From: an uncultured Fibrobacterota bacterium
GTDB lineage: Bacteria; Fibrobacterota; Chitinivibrionia; Chitinivibrionales; FEN-1185
Reading direction: 5' to 3'
Assembly (NCBI GenBank): GCA_963729895.1
Contig: CAVSQB010000003.1
Coordinates: forward strand, 64,001 to 128,000
DNA: 64,000 nucleotides
Shown here: piece by piece, positions 36,922-46,698 of the stretch
How the letters are laid out: every line of letters begins with the position of its first letter
How positions within the stretch are numbered: position 1 is the stretch's first letter
Notes under the pieces: generated by a model
Database searches by the model: none
What the model was told of the DNA's origin: nothing
What the model saw: the letters and a program-made list of their open reading frames with translations, nothing else
Translations under genes and position numbers: made by a program

Positions 36922-37233
36922 ATGGACAACATACCCGCCAGCCTGGACGAATTTCTTCGCACCCACGACAAGCCGATTCTTGCGGATTTCTGGGCAGAGT
37001 GGTGCGGACCGTGCAAAATAATGGCGCCTGTTCTCCAACAACTGGCTCGGGAATGGAAGGGCCGCGTTACAGTAATAAAAATAGATACCGAAGCAAAGCA
37101 GAATCTGGCTCAACGCTTCAACATAACCGGCATTCCCACGCTTATTCTGTTCCGGAATGGAGAAGAAATACATCGCGTCACCGGCGCCGTGCCTCTTGCG
37201 CAGTTGAAAGCCGTTTTAGGCGAGTTTGTGTGA
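36922..37233 (+). CDS. Thioredoxin
   Basis: ADFWAEWCGPC, IPTLILF. Confidence 0.92.
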   Translation: MDNIPASLDEFLRTHDKPILADFWAEWCGPCKIMAPVLQQLAREWKGRVTVIKIDTEAKQNLAQRFNITGIPTLILFRNGEEIHRVTGAVPLAQLKAVLGEFV

Positions 37234-37536
37234 ACCCCCACTGTTGACATATAGGACTCCCACAATCTTCAAACGACTCCTGCTTCCATCCATAGAATAT
37301 ACCGTTTCATGCTGTGCGTTGACAAGAGTTGCGCGAGCGAATTGATCTTCTCGCTCTATCCGCCAATGGACATGCTTCGCGGCTTGACTGGCCCAATATT
37401 CGCTCTTCTTTTTTATGGCAAGATCCGGTGGACTTATGCTGAATCGAATCAACACAGTGCAGGAATGCAAACGCATCATATAGTCCTTAATTACAGCAAG
37501 TTAGGACAGCAATATTTAAAGTGAAAGATTTTCCTG

Positions 37537-37565
37537 TTGACACCGGAACAATTCAGTGTTATATT
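37537..37565 (+). promoter_or_regulatory. Sigma70 promoter of the cysK operon
   Basis: TTGACA-17 bp-TATATT with an extended TG. Confidence 0.75.
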
Positions 37566-37647
37566 TATATAGTTTATAAACATTATTAACATTAAAGTCA
37601 ATAGTTCGAAAATGTTATACAACCATCACCCTTCAAAGGAGGTCCAA

Positions 37648-38592
37648 ATGAAAATTGCATCAGACATCACAAAACTCATCGGCGGCACGCCGCTGGTCAA
37701 GATCAATGAACTCAACAAAGACGGCAAAGCTCAGATCGCGGCAAAGCTTGAATTCTTCAACCCGATGTCGAGCGTCAAGGACAGGATCGGGCTTGCAATG
37801 ATCGAAGACGCTGAAAAAAAGGGGCTCCTGAAAAAGGGCAGCGTGATTATAGAACCCACAAGCGGAAACACGGGGATCGCGCTGGCGTTTGTTGCTGCGG
37901 CGAAGGGATACAGGCTCATTTTGACCATGCCCGAAACCATGAGCCTCGAACGCCGCAAGATTCTTAAGTCTCTGGGCGCGGAACTGGTGCTCACCGAAGG
38001 CCCCAAAGGAATGAAAGGCGCAGTTGCTAAAGCGGAAGAACTGGCCGGCCAAACCCCCAATTCCTTTCTTCCTCAGCAATTCAACAATCCTGCAAATCCG
38101 GAAGTGCACAGGAAAACCACTGCAGAGGAGATCTGGAATGACACCGACGGCAAGGTGGATATTTTTGTCGGCGGCGTGGGTACGGGCGGCACCATATCAG
38201 GAGTGGGCGAAGTACTCAAAAGCCGCAAGAAGAGCGTCAAGATCATTGCCATCGAACCTGAGAAATCTCCTGTCCTTTCCGGCGGGCAGGCCGGACCGCA
38301 CAAGATCCAGGGCATAGGCGCCGGCTTTGTTCCGGGGGTGTATAATAAGGGAGTAGTTGACGAAATCATGAAGGTGAAGGAAGAAGACGCAGGCGCGGTT
38401 GCCCGGTTGCTCGCAAAGAAAGAAGGTATATTTGTTGGAATTTCCTCCGGCGCCGCACTCTGGGCCGCACTGGAAGTGGCGCAACGAGACGAGAACAAAG
38501 GCAAGCTGATTGTGGTGGTCCTGCCCGACACGGGTGAACGGTATTTGAGCACCTGGCTGTGGGAGGAACCGGTTGAATCGCCGGCGCTGTGA
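37648..38592 (+). CDS. cysK: Cysteine synthase A
   Basis: [31 protein letters not shown]. Confidence 0.96.
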   Translation: MKIASDITKLIGGTPLVKINELNKDGKAQIAAKLEFFNPMSSVKDRIGLAMIEDAEKKGLLKKGSVIIEPTSGNTGIALAFVAAAKGYRLILTMPETMSLERRKILKSLGAELVLTEGPKGMKGAVAKAEELAGQTPNSFLPQQFNNPANPEVHRKTTAEEIWNDTDGKVDIFVGGVGTGGTISGVGEVLKSRKKSVKIIAIEPEKSPVLSGGQAGPHKIQGIGAGFVPGVYNKGVVDEIMKVKEEDAGAVARLLAKKEGIFVGISSGAALWAALEVAQRDENKGKLIVVVLPDTGERYLSTWLWEEPVESPAL

Positions 38593-38670
38593 TGGGCCGG
38601 AAAACATTGACAGAAGCGTAATTCAAAGCCGATACATAAATTACCTATTCTCTAATGGAAAGGCTCGACT

Positions 38671-39960
38671 ATGAGTGAAAGGCCCTATCGTTTTGAGACG
38701 CTCGCCCTGCACGCGGGACAAAGCGTTGACGCCACGCAGTCGCGGGCGGTACCGATTTACCGGACCAGTTCCTATGTGTTCAAAAACACCGAGCACGCTG
38801 CGAACCTGTTTGCACTTAAGGAACTGGGCAACATCTACACCCGACTGACAAATCCCACCACCGACACCCTCGAACAAAGGGTTTCCCAGCTCGAAGGCGG
38901 CGCAGCATCGGTTGCCTTGTCCTCGGGAACGTCGGCGGTATTCTATTCGATTATTACGCTCGCGGAGGCCGGCGACGAAATCGTGTCGGCCAATAATCTG
39001 TACGGCGGAACCTACACCCAATTCGACGCGATTCTGCCAAAACTTGGCATTACCGCCCGGTTCGTGGACCCGCGCGATCCGCAAAACTTCGAGAAAGCGA
39101 TAACCGACAAGACCCGTGCCGTGTTTATCGAGACTATCGGCAATCCGAAGCTTGACTTCACCGACGTGCGGACCGTTGCCGACGTTTCGCACCGCCATGG
39201 CGTACCGCTTATTGTGGACGCAACATTTACAACGCCGTTTTTGCTGAAATCGATTGAGCATGGCGCGGACATCGTGGTGAATTCGTTGACAAAATGGATG
39301 GGCGGCCACGGCACCGCCATCGGCGGCATCATCACCGATTCCGGCGCGTTCAACTGGAAAGGCGGCCGCCATAAGCTGTTTACAGAACCGGACGCAAATT
39401 ATCACGGGCTTCGATGGGCGCTCGATCTCCCGGAAGCGCTCTCTCCCATCGCTTTTGCCCTGCGTGTGCGCACCGTGCCGCTGCGTAACTTGGGTGCGTG
39501 CATTTCGCCCGATAATTCGTGGGCTTTTCTCCAGGGGCTGGAGACGCTTCCCGTCCGCATGGTCCGCCACTCGGAAAACGCGCTTGCGGTTGCGGAGTAC
39601 CTCAAACGGCACCCGAAAGTATCGTGGGTGCGTTATCCAGGCCTCAAGGGAGATCCTGCCCACGCCTTGGCGAGCAAGTACCTCAAAAACGGGTTCGGCG
39701 GGATGGTGGTGTTCGGTGTCAAGGGCGGATACAACGCTGCTGTTACAATACTTGACAACATTAAACTGTTTTCACACCTGGCCAACGTGGGCGATGCCAA
39801 GAGCCTTATTCTTCACCCGTCGAGCACGTCGCATTCGCAGCTTTCCGAAGCCCAGCAGCGCGAATCCGGGCTCACGCCCGATCTTATCCGGTTGTCAATC
39901 GGGCTCGAACATATCGATGACCTTATCGCCGCACTCCACGGCGCGCTGGCGTTGGCGTAA
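38671..39960 (+). CDS. metY: O-acetylhomoserine aminocarboxypropyltransferase
   Basis: GNIYTRLTNPT, SLTKWMGGHG, LANVGDAKSL. Confidence 0.92.
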   Translation: MSERPYRFETLALHAGQSVDATQSRAVPIYRTSSYVFKNTEHAANLFALKELGNIYTRLTNPTTDTLEQRVSQLEGGAASVALSSGTSAVFYSIITLAEAGDEIVSANNLYGGTYTQFDAILPKLGITARFVDPRDPQNFEKAITDKTRAVFIETIGNPKLDFTDVRTVADVSHRHGVPLIVDATFTTPFLLKSIEHGADIVVNSLTKWMGGHGTAIGGIITDSGAFNWKGGRHKLFTEPDANYHGLRWALDLPEALSPIAFALRVRTVPLRNLGACISPDNSWAFLQGLETLPVRMVRHSENALAVAEYLKRHPKVSWVRYPGLKGDPAHALASKYLKNGFGGMVVFGVKGGYNAAVTILDNIKLFSHLANVGDAKSLILHPSSTSHSQLSEAQQRESGLTPDLIRLSIGLEHIDDLIAALHGALALA

Positions 39961-40048
39961 TCGGCCTGCGGTATTCCTGCACAGGATCGCTGATCATACA
40001 GCGGCGGCTTCGGGCCTGACTTTTCTTGCATCAAACAGGGTACCGGCC

Positions 40049-40312
40049 ATGATTAGGAAAAAACTGACGGTCCGCAACGAACATGGAATCCACGCCCGGG
40101 TGGCACTCAGGGTTGCGGAAATGTGCAGGCTCGGATCGTCAAACATTACGATATGCAAAGGCTGCGAAAAAGCAAGCGGCTGTTCCGTTTTAGAGCTTCT
40201 CATGCTTGGCGCAGGGAATGGAACGGAGATCGAGATTGTCGCCTGCGGCGGGGAAGAGCGCAAAAGTGTCGATGACGTAGCCCAGATTTTTTCCCAAGGA
40301 TCGGGGATTTGA
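40049..40312 (+). CDS. HPr-family phosphocarrier protein, Cys-rich
   Basis: MIRKKLTVRNEHGIHARVA...SVLELLMLGA; true start ATG 40049 lies inside the longer listed ORF. Confidence 0.85.
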   Translation: MIRKKLTVRNEHGIHARVALRVAEMCRLGSSNITICKGCEKASGCSVLELLMLGAGNGTEIEIVACGGEERKSVDDVAQIFSQGSGI

Positions 40313-40395
40313 AGTATTATTACTCTGGCAATTACTAAACAGTTCATTAGCAAGGACACGTTTGCCGGAGTACTATTGCTAAAGGGCCGCGGGAC

Positions 40396-40830
40396 ATGAA
40401 ACTTTCCACCAAATGCCGCTACGGCCTTCGGGCCATGATCGAGCTCGCGAGAAACTTCGACAACGGACCGATCAACAGGAAGAAGATTGCCGGGGCGCAG
40501 CACATCACAAAGGCCTACCTCGAAAACATCCTCACGTCCCTGCGGGAGAAAAACCTTATCCGCACCACGCGCGGCGCAAACGGCGGGTTCGTACTTCGGC
40601 TCGAGCCGTCCCGCATAACGGTATTGGATATTGTCAACGCCCTCGAAGGGTCCATCGCGCCCGTTGATTGCATCGAAAACCGCTCGGTGTGCGACAAAAT
40701 TCCCTCGTGCCCGGCGCGTCTGGTGTGGAAAAAACTGTACGACGCCCAGACAAGGGCGCTGTCGGAACTAACGTTGCAGGACGTGCTTGAGATGGAGCCT
40801 GCCTCGCAAGACGTCAATTACGTGATCTAG
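40396..40830 (+). CDS. Rrf2-family regulator (CymR/IscR-like)
   Basis: MKLSTKCRYGLRA, YLENI, RGANGG, C..C..C cluster. Confidence 0.92.
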   Translation: MKLSTKCRYGLRAMIELARNFDNGPINRKKIAGAQHITKAYLENILTSLREKNLIRTTRGANGGFVLRLEPSRITVLDIVNALEGSIAPVDCIENRSVCDKIPSCPARLVWKKLYDAQTRALSELTLQDVLEMEPASQDVNYVI

Positions 40831-40855
40831 AGCCGTTTCTCCCCGGAATTCTTTC

Positions 40856-40950
40856 ATGCGACCAATTCTCACGGAATCCCAGCTCAAGCGGTTTCACCGG
40901 CAGGTTGTGCTTCCCGGCATGGGTCAGGCAAAACTGCTTTCGTCAAGCCT
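40856..40950 (+). pseudogene. N-terminal remnant of a ThiF/MoeB/HesA-family gene
   Basis: MRPILTESQLKRFHRQVVLPGMGQAKLLSS resembles the MoeB start (L..QL.RY.RQ..LP..GQ.KL), after which similarity ends. Confidence 0.55.
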
Positions 40951-41018
40951 TCCAGGAAAACCGCCGCCACGAAGCGCCAAAGCGGACCGGGCTTACCCTT
41001 GCCCGGTCCGCCGCACCT

Positions 41019-41468
41019 CTAGTTGCCTTGTTTCTGCTGCATCCGGCTGATGTACGCCTCAAACGCCGCTTTCCCTTCGTCTTTCCAGAACTGATCGTAA
41101 TAGCTCCAGTTCCTGTACGACCCGCGTATCCGGTAATCCTCATTCTCGCCGCCGGAAAACGGGCCGTGTCGGTGCCAGTGCCGCCTTCCGTGGTGCCATC
41201 CGTGCCTGCCGCCGTAATGCGGGCCGGCGCCGCCAAAGAGCAGCTTGGCAAGCAGCACGATGCCAAAGGCCTGCCAGAAGGTTATCGCCTTGAGGCCGAA
41301 CAGCGCAGGCATGAGCCAGTTCCACAAGAGCAAGACCAGCCACCCGAACAACAAAGCAAACAGCACTGCAAACGTGACGCCCGCGAAAACGAGCCCAACG
41401 ATCCGCAGCACTGCGAAAGCCCGAGGCGGCGGGAAATGCGGCATGTGATGTTCGAAATTGCTTTCCAT
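41019..41468 (-). CDS. Hypothetical membrane protein co-transcribed with the ECF sigma factor
   Basis: LLWNWLMPALFGL..ITFWQA; AGGAGG RBS. Confidence 0.75.
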   Translation of the reverse strand: MESNFEHHMPHFPPPRAFAVLRIVGLVFAGVTFAVLFALLFGWLVLLLWNWLMPALFGLKAITFWQAFGIVLLAKLLFGGAGPHYGGRHGWHHGRRHWHRHGPFSGGENEDYRIRGSYRNWSYYDQFWKDEGKAAFEAYISRMQQKQGN

Positions 41469-41482
41469 GTGTTCCTCCTTTG

Positions 41483-42031
41483 TTATTGGTTCTTGTATTC
41501 CTTGAGGGGAATCGATTCCCGAAGTTTTGCCAACGCCCTTGATTTCTGGGCAAGCAACGTCCCCAGAGGGACATCCCACATCTCCGACAGTTCCTTGAAC
41601 GTGAATCCTTCGATTTCGGTGGCGATCACGACGGAGCGCTCGTTGATGTTGAGCCGGTCCATGGCGTCAACCAACACCTCTCTCAATTCACCGTTGGCGA
41701 TCGCGGCGCCGGTATCGAATCGCACGTCGTACAGAGTCTCGGAGAAAGACAAAGCTTCGTCTTCGTCATCATCTTTGTCGAGTGAAACGCTCTTCTTCTT
41801 GTTTCTGAACGCGTCTATCACCCTGTTGCGAAGCGCCTGATACGCATAGGCCGACAGGCTCCGCAGCGGCATCAAGGGATCGGCGCGGTCCAATAAGCCG
41901 GTCATCACGTCCTGCACGATGTCCTCGCCGTCGCGGTCCGCCGTATCACCGATGAGCGAACGAACGTAGCCGACAAGCGCCGAGCGTTCCGCTTTGATGA
42001 ATGCCGCGATTCTGTCGTTGAGCGATTGCAT
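41483..42031 (-). CDS. ECF RNA polymerase sigma factor
   Basis: EDIVQDV, LRNRVID, TFKELSEMWDVPLGTLL. Confidence 0.88.
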   Translation of the reverse strand: MQSLNDRIAAFIKAERSALVGYVRSLIGDTADRDGEDIVQDVMTGLLDRADPLMPLRSLSAYAYQALRNRVIDAFRNKKKSVSLDKDDDEDEALSFSETLYDVRFDTGAAIANGELREVLVDAMDRLNINERSVVIATEIEGFTFKELSEMWDVPLGTLLAQKSRALAKLRESIPLKEYKNQ

Positions 42032-42065
42032 TGTTCTACCGTGTAGGACGGAAGGGGGCGAAGAA

Positions 42066-43103
42066 TTATTGCATGTTTTTGAGCACCGACGGCGGTAGAG
42101 GCGCGTCCGCGGCAGAGAGAAGCGCGCCGGTCTCGCACAGGAGCGAGCGAACCGCTTCGCGTACGTCAAAAACCGGAATCGCTTCCACGGCCGCGCCGGA
42201 AACGGGCGAAAGGACCGCCCGGTACACGTCCGACAGCGGCAAGTATTGGACAAAAAATTCGGGAAGGTTAACGTAGAGCGCAACCACCGGAATATTAAAC
42301 GCCGCCGCAACATGCACAATGCACGTGTCAACGGTGAGCACCAGGGAGGCATTTCTGATGGCAGGAAGGATTCCGAGAATTGAGGAGGTTTCAAACACAC
42401 GACTCCGCGGCACGCGCCGGGCAATAGCGCGAACCCGCTGCTTGTCGCGGGGCTCACTCAGCAGCACGGCGGGACCGCACTCCCTGGGAAGCCAATTGAG
42501 CAGCTCCGCCCATTTTTCATCTTTCCAGTACCGCACCGCGCCCGAGGCCGATATATTCACCGCGAAATACCCGCCGACGGCGTTCACTTTCCGAAACTCG
42601 TCAAATGCAGCGTCGTACGAAGGAGCACGCGGCAGGCTTGGCCGCAACGATGCATTCTCTATCCCAAGATAGGCGAGGTTTCGCAGGCTCCTCGCCGCAT
42701 AGTGCTCTCCTCCGGCTTTTTGTTCGCACGCAGGATGCGTGAACACTGCGTCGCCCCGAAACCCGATTTTAATGGGCGCTTGCGCCAGACGGACGAGCGC
42801 GGAGCTTTCGGTTGATTTATGCTCCTTCGGGTCAAGCCACACGTCAAACGTGGTCGTACGGAGCATTGCGATAAGCCGTAACGTACTCCACGGACGCTTG
42901 GTGTACACGTGCACGCGGTCGATGCACGGGTTTCCCGCGGCAACCATGTGGTTGTTCCTGCCCGCAATCAAATGCAGTTCGTTGCCAGGATGCGCGGCTT
43001 TGAGAGCGGAAAACAGCGGCGTTATCAGAAGCAGGTCCCCGATGCGGCCGAGCTGAACGATGCAGATCTTTCTGGCCCGATTATCCCATGCCCGCGTGCT
43101 CAT
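42066..43103 (-). CDS. Glycosyltransferase family 9 (heptosyltransferase-like)
   Basis: RIGDLLLITP, TVDTCIVHVAAAFNIPVVALY. Confidence 0.87.
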   Translation of the reverse strand: MSTRAWDNRARKICIVQLGRIGDLLLITPLFSALKAAHPGNELHLIAGRNNHMVAAGNPCIDRVHVYTKRPWSTLRLIAMLRTTTFDVWLDPKEHKSTESSALVRLAQAPIKIGFRGDAVFTHPACEQKAGGEHYAARSLRNLAYLGIENASLRPSLPRAPSYDAAFDEFRKVNAVGGYFAVNISASGAVRYWKDEKWAELLNWLPRECGPAVLLSEPRDKQRVRAIARRVPRSRVFETSSILGILPAIRNASLVLTVDTCIVHVAAAFNIPVVALYVNLPEFFVQYLPLSDVYRAVLSPVSGAAVEAIPVFDVREAVRSLLCETGALLSAADAPLPPSVLKNMQ

Positions 43104-43150
43104 AAATACAAAATACACGCCGGCCGCATCGCGAAACCAAGGGAAACAAC

Positions 43151-44323
43151 TTACCTCACAATCGCGCATTTCATCGTGCTTGTGAATTGGCCTGCAGAAA
43201 ATCGGACGCAGTACGCGCCCGAGGCAAGCCTCGAAACGTCCACCTCCCGACTGTAAAGTCCCGCAGGTTGCGAAACCGCCGGCAGAGCTTCAACGCGGCG
43301 CGACAGGGCATCGAACACTTCTATGGCAACCCGGCTGGGCTGCGGGAGCCGGTAGCCTATGCGGATGCTCCTGCCGAAGGGGCCGGGATACCTTGCAAAT
43401 ACGGAATACCTTCCCGGCAATCCCGGTGCGTGAACAGGGAGGGACAGCACAGGGGGCCCGGCCAGGGCGGCAATGCCGCACGGCGGAGACGCCGTGCGCG
43501 CAACCGTGATTGTGTCTGTGCCGTCAAAGGCTGAAGAACGTACCAGACTTGTGCCGAACTCGGTCCAGTACAGCCTCCGTGCTGCCCGGTCTGCGGTTAT
43601 GTACTGGGGACTCGCGCAGTTGGCAACAATCGTGGTTGCGGCCGTTCCGTCGAGCTTCGACCTGCCGATGCTCCCCGCATTCGCATCTGTCCAAAAAATG
43701 AACCCACTGTCGGGATCGAGCGCTATGCCGACGGGACCGGCGAGGCCCGTGACGATTCCCTGCCACGCGGCCTGCGGCGCGGCGGCAGCCCGTTCAAGCG
43801 CGCCTGCACCGAAATCGGCCCAGTACATTGTTTGCGTTTTTTCGTCGACCGCGATTCCGTACGGGGTGTTGGCGCTCGCCGCGCCGAACAATTCGAGCAG
43901 CTCGGCGGAAGATCCATCGAGGTTTGCCCGAAAAATCGAGGGGCCCGAGGCCAGATTCGTGCCGGTCCAGTATAATTTCTTATTTGTCGAGTCCACTGCG
44001 ACTCCCCTGGCGCACGATTGCAACGACACCGCGGTGCCCGAATCACCGAGGTCTGCACCGGCAAATTTGACATGTGCGTTAAGAAAAGCGAGTTCGGTCC
44101 AGAAGACCGCGTTTGTTCCCCGGCTTATCGCCAGCGCCTGCGGAAGGGACTGCGCCGCAAGCGCCAGCGTCGATGCGATTGCGCCGCTTCCATCGGCAAG
44201 CACGAGCCTGGGCGCGCCAAAATTCGCCTCCGTCCAGTACAGGGTAACGCCTTCTGCGCGAAAAGCGTGCAGAGCGATGAAACACACGACCATTCCCCAC
44301 GCCGCCGTTTTCCTCTTCCCCAT
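43151..44323 (-). CDS. Secreted YWTD (LDL-receptor class B) beta-propeller with C-terminal sorting-type Ig domain
   Basis: Six repeats LYWTE/VFWTE/LYWTG/MYWAD/IFWTD/LYWTE; tail YPGPF..EVFDALSRRV..LASGAY. Confidence 0.8.
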   Translation of the reverse strand: MGKRKTAAWGMVVCFIALHAFRAEGVTLYWTEANFGAPRLVLADGSGAIASTLALAAQSLPQALAISRGTNAVFWTELAFLNAHVKFAGADLGDSGTAVSLQSCARGVAVDSTNKKLYWTGTNLASGPSIFRANLDGSSAELLELFGAASANTPYGIAVDEKTQTMYWADFGAGALERAAAAPQAAWQGIVTGLAGPVGIALDPDSGFIFWTDANAGSIGRSKLDGTAATTIVANCASPQYITADRAARRLYWTEFGTSLVRSSAFDGTDTITVARTASPPCGIAALAGPPVLSLPVHAPGLPGRYSVFARYPGPFGRSIRIGYRLPQPSRVAIEVFDALSRRVEALPAVSQPAGLYSREVDVSRLASGAYCVRFSAGQFTSTMKCAIVR

Positions 44324-44374
44324 TGCAAACTCCTTTCGTGAACGCAACCGTCGATCGACCGCCTCGGTTCCCGG

Positions 44375-45004
44375 CTAGTTGCGAGCGGGGAATATGCCCG
44401 TAAGCGCGATGATGAAATTAACGCACTCAAAAGGCGGCATAATAGGATGCGGCTGGCCGCCCCCCGCCTGGCTTACCACGACTGCCGACGAGGCCATTGT
44501 CGCATTGCTCGTTTTTCCATACGACGGAGTTGCCGAGGCGTTGCGGGCGGGCAACGCGGTTTGCGGCCTGTCGGTTGTTGCAACGGTTGAATCAACAGCC
44601 AACACTGCGCCGTGCGTATGCACAGGCATCTGGGCCACGGTAAGCGTTTCAGTCTCCTGCCCACCCGCATCGCCCAGATTTCTGGGAGTCAAATTGGTGC
44701 CGGTACCCGCATTCATCGGAAACCGTCCCCGAAGATCCGGCAACGCAAATGTCGTCGTTCCATTGCCGCCGTACGTTGTGCCGAGCAGAGAAAACAGCAC
44801 GGTGTTTTGGCTGATCGGAAGCAGCGAGCCGTCGCAGAACGCCCATCCGACGGGGGCAAAGTTTCCCGCGAACATCTTGATCTCACCCACATAATTGTTT
44901 TGGGCATCAACAGAAGTTGCATTCAGAACAAAGAAAACCACAAACGCAGACAGCACATTCCCCACCAGGCATTGCTTTCTGATCCGGACCGCGGCACTTG
45001 TCAT
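44375..45004 (-). CDS. Phage tail-collar-domain protein with signal peptide
   Basis: VGEIKMFAGNFAP.GWAFCDG, LFSLLGTTYGGNG.TTFALPDLRGR, NFIIAL.GIFP. Confidence 0.88.
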   Translation of the reverse strand: MTSAAVRIRKQCLVGNVLSAFVVFFVLNATSVDAQNNYVGEIKMFAGNFAPVGWAFCDGSLLPISQNTVLFSLLGTTYGGNGTTTFALPDLRGRFPMNAGTGTNLTPRNLGDAGGQETETLTVAQMPVHTHGAVLAVDSTVATTDRPQTALPARNASATPSYGKTSNATMASSAVVVSQAGGGQPHPIMPPFECVNFIIALTGIFPARN

Positions 45005-45290
45005 GACATCCTCCTTTACTTGTTAATAATCCGGGAACAACATGACTTTGCAAGTATCGTTCCAATTGGAAGATTCTCGCATGCGGATCCCTGTCGCCCA
45101 AGAAGAAGGAGTCAAAATGCACGGGTCAGTCGAAAGATGACGATTCGCGCTTTTGATAATTCTTTTGGGAACGAGGAATCCATGCCGCCGATTCGAACAG
45201 TGCCATCCAGCCACTGATGTTGATGTTCCCTTCCTTTACATTATGCACAACCTTCAGATTCTTCCGCCGGAATTAAGATAAAATGTTATT

Positions 45291-46559
45291 TTGGATGCGG
45301 TGCGTAGAATTATACGAGACTTGAGCAAGACTCCTGTGCCCCTGTGCCGGCATCTGTCGCTTGGCGCCTTTCTGCTGCTATCGCTGGCAGTCCCTGACCT
45401 CCCAGCCCAACCGCGAGCGCCTGCCCCGTACCCCGGTATCACCTTCCGCCAGCACGAACTTGCCCAGCGGGCCATGCACGAGTTCTTTGCTCAGCATTGG
45501 GAATCCGCTGAATCCACGGGTTGCGAAATGTTTCATCTGGAACAGGCCGACACCCTGCTTCCACTAAGCAACATGCTTCGGTTTGCCATGCGGGCCTGGC
45601 GAATACTCAATGACGAATTCGACTCCCCGCAGGAGCGGGAAACCCTGGAAGAGGGGCTCAAACCGCTTCGGACCGAATGTATCCGCATACTTCACAAACA
45701 ACAATTTGCAGACTCCACGCGACCGATGCGTATGTTTCTGGAAGCCGGAATCAATGGGTTCAATGCCACGCTGATCATCAGGTCAAAACCGCTGAGCTCG
45801 CTTTCCGCCGGCCTCCAGTGCTATCGGACGCTCGATTCCATAAGAACGCTCGCCCCGCAAATCAAGGATGTCTACCTTGGGCTGGGACTCTTCCAATGCT
45901 CGCTCGCAAACGAACCGGGCATAATCGGGTTTGCTTTGCACCTTTTCAACCGGCTTCAGGTAAGCCTCGATTCAGGTCTCACGTATCTGCGTATCTGCTC
46001 GGACGGCGCATTATACACCAGGGAAGGAGCAAAAGAGTACCTTCTCCAATTCCTTTCACCTACAATCAAAAACGAAGCTGCCGAGAAGCGGAGAATCTCG
46101 AAGTCGCTTGAAGCCGAGTTTCCGGGCAACCCTTTCTACGTTTTTCAGGATATCGACGAGGAAATGGCATTTCACCGGAAGGACGTTTTTTCCAGCGCCC
46201 GGTTTGCCTGGGCCGTTTCCCAGGTCCGCGCCTTTGACACAAGCAACTCCTCAGCAAGGCGTTTTGCAAATCTTGTCAAATGGCAATGCGCTGCAATTGA
46301 TTCCGCGGCTTCGGCGGATTCACACATGGAGCCGGCAGAGCCGGGCTCTGCGTACTCTTTTTATCCCGTTTTCCTGGTTGCCGCAAAATTGAGATTTCTT
46401 CTGGATGGCGACAAGAACCTTGGCACTGAGAGGCAAAAGATCACTATCCGTTTGTATCATCGCCAAAGAAAACAGGCGTTTTCGATCATCCGGAGATCGG
46501 ATATCAACCCCATGCTCAGGGAATACTACCTGTGGCACATGGAAGATGGTTTGCCGTGA
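45291..46559 (+). CDS. Hypothetical exported helical protein
   Basis: 422-aa ORF with a signal-like segment and DVYLGLGLF (TPR-like); start uncertain. Confidence 0.6.
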   Translation: MDAVRRIIRDLSKTPVPLCRHLSLGAFLLLSLAVPDLPAQPRAPAPYPGITFRQHELAQRAMHEFFAQHWESAESTGCEMFHLEQADTLLPLSNMLRFAMRAWRILNDEFDSPQERETLEEGLKPLRTECIRILHKQQFADSTRPMRMFLEAGINGFNATLIIRSKPLSSLSAGLQCYRTLDSIRTLAPQIKDVYLGLGLFQCSLANEPGIIGFALHLFNRLQVSLDSGLTYLRICSDGALYTREGAKEYLLQFLSPTIKNEAAEKRRISKSLEAEFPGNPFYVFQDIDEEMAFHRKDVFSSARFAWAVSQVRAFDTSNSSARRFANLVKWQCAAIDSAASADSHMEPAEPGSAYSFYPVFLVAAKLRFLLDGDKNLGTERQKITIRLYHRQRKQAFSIIRRSDINPMLREYYLWHMEDGLP

Positions 46560-46698
46560 TGCCTGGCCGATCAAAAAAGGGAGCAAAATCCGCAAGGAAA
46601 GCTGTATATTATTAAATGGAAGGCATTTTCGTCCGCCAACACCGCCCCAAGTGGCGGGATGCGCGGGGCGGTGTTATTCATTCCAAAAAGGGGGGACG

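Noticed and set aside
37216..37524. ORFs 37216..37479 (-) and 37309..37524 (+)
   Set aside because: No recognisable motif or RBS, and they run up to the cysK promoter region. A decayed gene cannot be excluded.
44375..45004. Prophage
   Set aside because: A lone tail-collar domain with a signal peptide; no capsid, terminase, integrase or other tail genes.
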